A stretch of DNA of 29,806 bases from Candidatus Coprenecus pullistercoris (lineage in GTDB: Bacteria > Bacteroidota > Bacteroidia > Bacteroidales > UBA932): the NCBI GenBank assembly GCA_019116965.1, contig DXAT01000041.1, positions 1 to 29,806 on the forward strand. Reading direction: 5' to 3'. How positions within the stretch are numbered: the stretch's first letter is position 1; every line of letters begins with the position of its first letter. Positions 27,352 to 29,806 of this stretch are shown here, piece after piece. A model generated the notes under the pieces. The model was not told the DNA's origin and ran no database searches. It saw only the letters and a program-made list of their open reading frames with translations. The translations under genes and the position numbers were made by a program.

Positions 27352-28257
27352 ATGATTACAAATTTTGAACAGATTTACGAAATCTTACGTTCGAAGACAA
27401 GAAAACGTCTGGTTGCGGCCTGGGCCGTGGATGACCACACTATCACAGCCGCCTACAAGGCAGTGCAGCTCGGTATAGTCGACGCCACTCTCGTAGGTGA
27501 CGTGAACATGATCAAGAAAGTATGCGAGGCCGAGAAGATCGACCCTACCGTATTCACCATCATCAACAACGACAATGAGCTTGCGTCCATCGCACAGGCA
27601 GTCCTCATGGTAAGGGAAGGTCAGGGCGATATCCTGATGAAAGGCCTTTGCTCGACCGACAAGTATATGAGGGGCATCCTGAACAAGGAGAAAGGTCTGC
27701 TTCCTCCCAAGGCTGTCCTCAGCCATGTGTGTGTGCTCTCCAACCCCAATTACCGCAAGCTTATCGTGCTCGGAGACATGGCCGTTATTCCTCTTCCTGA
27801 CCTCAATCAGAAAGTGGCTATCGTGAAATACCTGGTCAACACAGCCAAGGCTCTTCAGATCGAGAAACCCAAGGTGGCCCTGCTCGCCGCTACAGAGCAG
27901 ATGCTTCCCGGTATGCAGGCCTGCGTCGATGCAGCCATCATCTCCAAGATGATTGACCGCGGTCAGATTCCCGGCTGCGTAGGTGACGGCCCTCTCGCCC
28001 TCGATGTGGCTATCTCTCAGGAGGCAGTGGAGATCAAGAAGCTCGTAAGCCCCGTGGCCGGCGACGCTGACTGTCTCCTCTTCCCCAACATCGAGTCCGC
28101 CAACACCTTCTATAAAGTCAACTCACAGCTCTGCAAGGGTGTTAAGCAGGCAGCTATCGTGGCCGGTGCCATGGCACCCTGCGTGCTCTCAAGCCGCGCC
28201 GACAGCATCGAGACCAAGTTGAACTCCATCGCCCTTGCGGCCTTAACAGCAAAATAA
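27352..28257 (+). CDS. ptb: Phosphate butyryltransferase / phosphate acyltransferase (Pta/Ptb family, short form)
   Basis: 301 aa, Pta/Ptb-fold motifs. Immediately upstream of buk (9-bp gap). Confidence 0.8.
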   Translation: MITNFEQIYEILRSKTRKRLVAAWAVDDHTITAAYKAVQLGIVDATLVGDVNMIKKVCEAEKIDPTVFTIINNDNELASIAQAVLMVREGQGDILMKGLCSTDKYMRGILNKEKGLLPPKAVLSHVCVLSNPNYRKLIVLGDMAVIPLPDLNQKVAIVKYLVNTAKALQIEKPKVALLAATEQMLPGMQACVDAAIISKMIDRGQIPGCVGDGPLALDVAISQEAVEIKKLVSPVAGDADCLLFPNIESANTFYKVNSQLCKGVKQAAIVAGAMAPCVLSSRADSIETKLNSIALAALTAK

Positions 28258-28266
28258 GCAGGAGGC

Positions 28267-29334
28267 ATGGCGTATATATTGGCAATAAACCCCGGCTCGA
28301 CATCGACAAAGATATCGCTTTTCGACGGAGCCAAGGAAGTATTTACCAAGACACTCAGACATTCTACCGAGGAGATTTCCAAGTATGAGAATGTCATCGA
28401 TCAATTCAAGTTCCGTGAGGAGACCATCGTGAAGGCCCTCGAGGACAACGGTATAAGGCTGGAGGACATCAAGGTGATAGTAGGCCGCGGCGGTCTGCTC
28501 AGACCCATACCCTCCGGTGTATACGAGGTCAACGAAGCCATGCTGGCCGACCTGCGCTCGGCATGTTACGGTGAGCACGCCAGCAACCTCGGAGGTATCA
28601 TCGCCAATGAGCTTGCCTCAAGGATCAGCGGCTGCAAGGCTTATATTGCGGATCCTGTGGTGGTGGACGAGCTCAGCGACGTGGCCCGTATCGGAGGACA
28701 TCCGATGTTCCCCAGAATTTCCATTTTCCATGCGCTCAATCACAAGGCCATCGCCAAGATGTATGCCAGGGAGATAGGCCGTGAGTACTCCGACCTCAAT
28801 CTCATCGTGGTACACATGGGCGGAGGTGTCTCCGTGGCCGCGCACAGCAAGGGCAGAGTGGTGGATGTGAACAACGCTCTTTACGGAGAGGGTCCTTTCA
28901 GCCCCGAGCGTACCGGCGGCATACCTGCCATGCAGCTTGCCGATGTCTGCTACAGCGGCAAGTACACTCTGGCCGAGATGAAGAAAATCATATCCGGCAA
29001 GGGCGGAGTAGTGGCTTTCCTCGGCACCAATTCCTTCAAGGAGGTTGAGGACCGTGTCGCAGCAGGAGACAAGGAAGCGAAGCTGATTACCGACGCATTC
29101 AACTACAATGTGGCCAAGGCCATCGGCGGTATGGCTGCCGCTCTCTCCGGCAAAGTGGATGCCATCCTTCTTACCGGCGGTATTGCCTACGGCAAGGAGA
29201 TGATGCGTGACATCGAGTCGATGGTGTCGTTCATCGCTCCCGTGAAGGTATATCCCGGCGAGGATGAGATGGCGGCTCTCGCAGGCAATGCTCTTGCAGT
29301 CATGGAGGGCCGTGAGGAAGTCAAGAAATACTGA
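28267..29334 (+). CDS. buk: Butyrate kinase
   Basis: MAYILAINPGSTSTKISLF N-terminal motif. 355 aa. ASKHP family. Confidence 0.9.
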   Translation: MAYILAINPGSTSTKISLFDGAKEVFTKTLRHSTEEISKYENVIDQFKFREETIVKALEDNGIRLEDIKVIVGRGGLLRPIPSGVYEVNEAMLADLRSACYGEHASNLGGIIANELASRISGCKAYIADPVVVDELSDVARIGGHPMFPRISIFHALNHKAIAKMYAREIGREYSDLNLIVVHMGGGVSVAAHSKGRVVDVNNALYGEGPFSPERTGGIPAMQLADVCYSGKYTLAEMKKIISGKGGVVAFLGTNSFKEVEDRVAAGDKEAKLITDAFNYNVAKAIGGMAAALSGKVDAILLTGGIAYGKEMMRDIESMVSFIAPVKVYPGEDEMAALAGNALAVMEGREEVKKY

Positions 29335-29356
29335 TTTCCGTATAGACGCAAAAGTA

Positions 29357-29396
29357 AAAGTTCCGGTGGGGAGATACTCTGCCGGAACTTTTTTGT
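29357..29396 (+). terminator. Rho-independent terminator after buk
   Basis: AAAAGTTCCGG-N15-CCGGAACTTTTTTG. Confidence 0.75.
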
Positions 29397-29407
29397 AATT
29401 TTGCGCC

Positions 29408-29806
29408 ATGAATGCAAGAGTTCCCACTGAGCTTGGAACGGAGAAGATATCCAAGCTGCTTAAGCAATATGCGATTCCAGCGATCATAGCAATGACTGCT
29501 TCCTCGCTCTACAATATGGTCGATGCGATCTTCATCGGCCACGGAGTAGGGCCTTATGCCATATCAGGTCTGGCGCTGACGTTCCCGTTCATGAACCTGG
29601 CCGCTGCGTTCGGCACGCTGGTCGGAGTAGGTGCGTCTACCATGGCGTCGATGCTCCTCGGACAGAAGAACTATGACATTGCACGCAAGGTGCTGGGCAA
29701 TGTCGTGGTGTTGAACTTTATAATAGGCTTGCTGTTCACGATAGTGGCCCTGGTATTTCTTGATCCGATTCTGTATTTCTTCGGAGCGAGCGACAATACC
29801 ATCTCG
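29408..29806 (+). CDS. MATE-family efflux transporter, N-terminal part (runs off the window end).
   Basis: MNARVPTELGTEKISKLLKQYAIPAIIAMTASSLYNMVDAIFIGHGVG is the typical MATE/NorM N-terminus. Open to the end of the window (133 codons). Confidence 0.8.
   Translation, partial: MNARVPTELGTEKISKLLKQYAIPAIIAMTASSLYNMVDAIFIGHGVGPYAISGLALTFPFMNLAAAFGTLVGVGASTMASMLLGQKNYDIARKVLGNVVVLNFIIGLLFTIVALVFLDPILYFFGASDNTIS

Noticed and set aside
1-29806. CRISPR arrays, rRNA, IS elements, integrase or transposase genes
   Set aside because: No short regularly spaced repeats, no rRNA-like segments, and no DDE or tyrosine-recombinase motifs seen in any frame.

Overview
The window looks like a Bacteroidales chromosome segment (Bacteroidetes-style TAnnTTTG promoter boxes, lipoproteins with SPII-type signals, and a gyrA/clpC/ack-ptb-buk core). 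It has three parts.

Left flank (1-4540): a membrane-anchored Ser/Thr kinase translationally coupled to an upstream ORF, followed by two secreted or lipoprotein genes.

Accessory island (about 4560-12850): lower GC, all genes on the minus strand, abutting a tRNA-Lys(TTT) gene. It carries a stand-alone PD-(D/E)xK nuclease, degraded yhcG-like and pcp pseudogenes, an SPFH(Band-7)/GYF_2/zinc-ribbon membrane module, and a tripartite hipBST toxin-antitoxin locus. No integrase, transposase, CRISPR array or rRNA was seen.

Housekeeping block (13018-29806): tRNA-Lys, a GC-rich hypothetical gene, clpC-like AAA+ chaperone, gyrA, a TPR protein, an Fn3 lipoprotein, an AI-2E permease, an RRM RNA-binding protein, a purF-like gene, a comEC-family gene, ack-ptb-buk, and a partial MATE transporter.

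The most unusual signal is a ~330-bp noncoding element with an associated 20-mer (GGCCCTTTTTGGCCCTAATT). It occurs twice in full and once as a truncated 3' piece, each time directly upstream of a minus-strand island gene. A long-range helix within it is maintained between the two full copies by G-U-compatible substitutions only if it is read on the minus strand. I propose it as a candidate structured 5' leader or recombination module.
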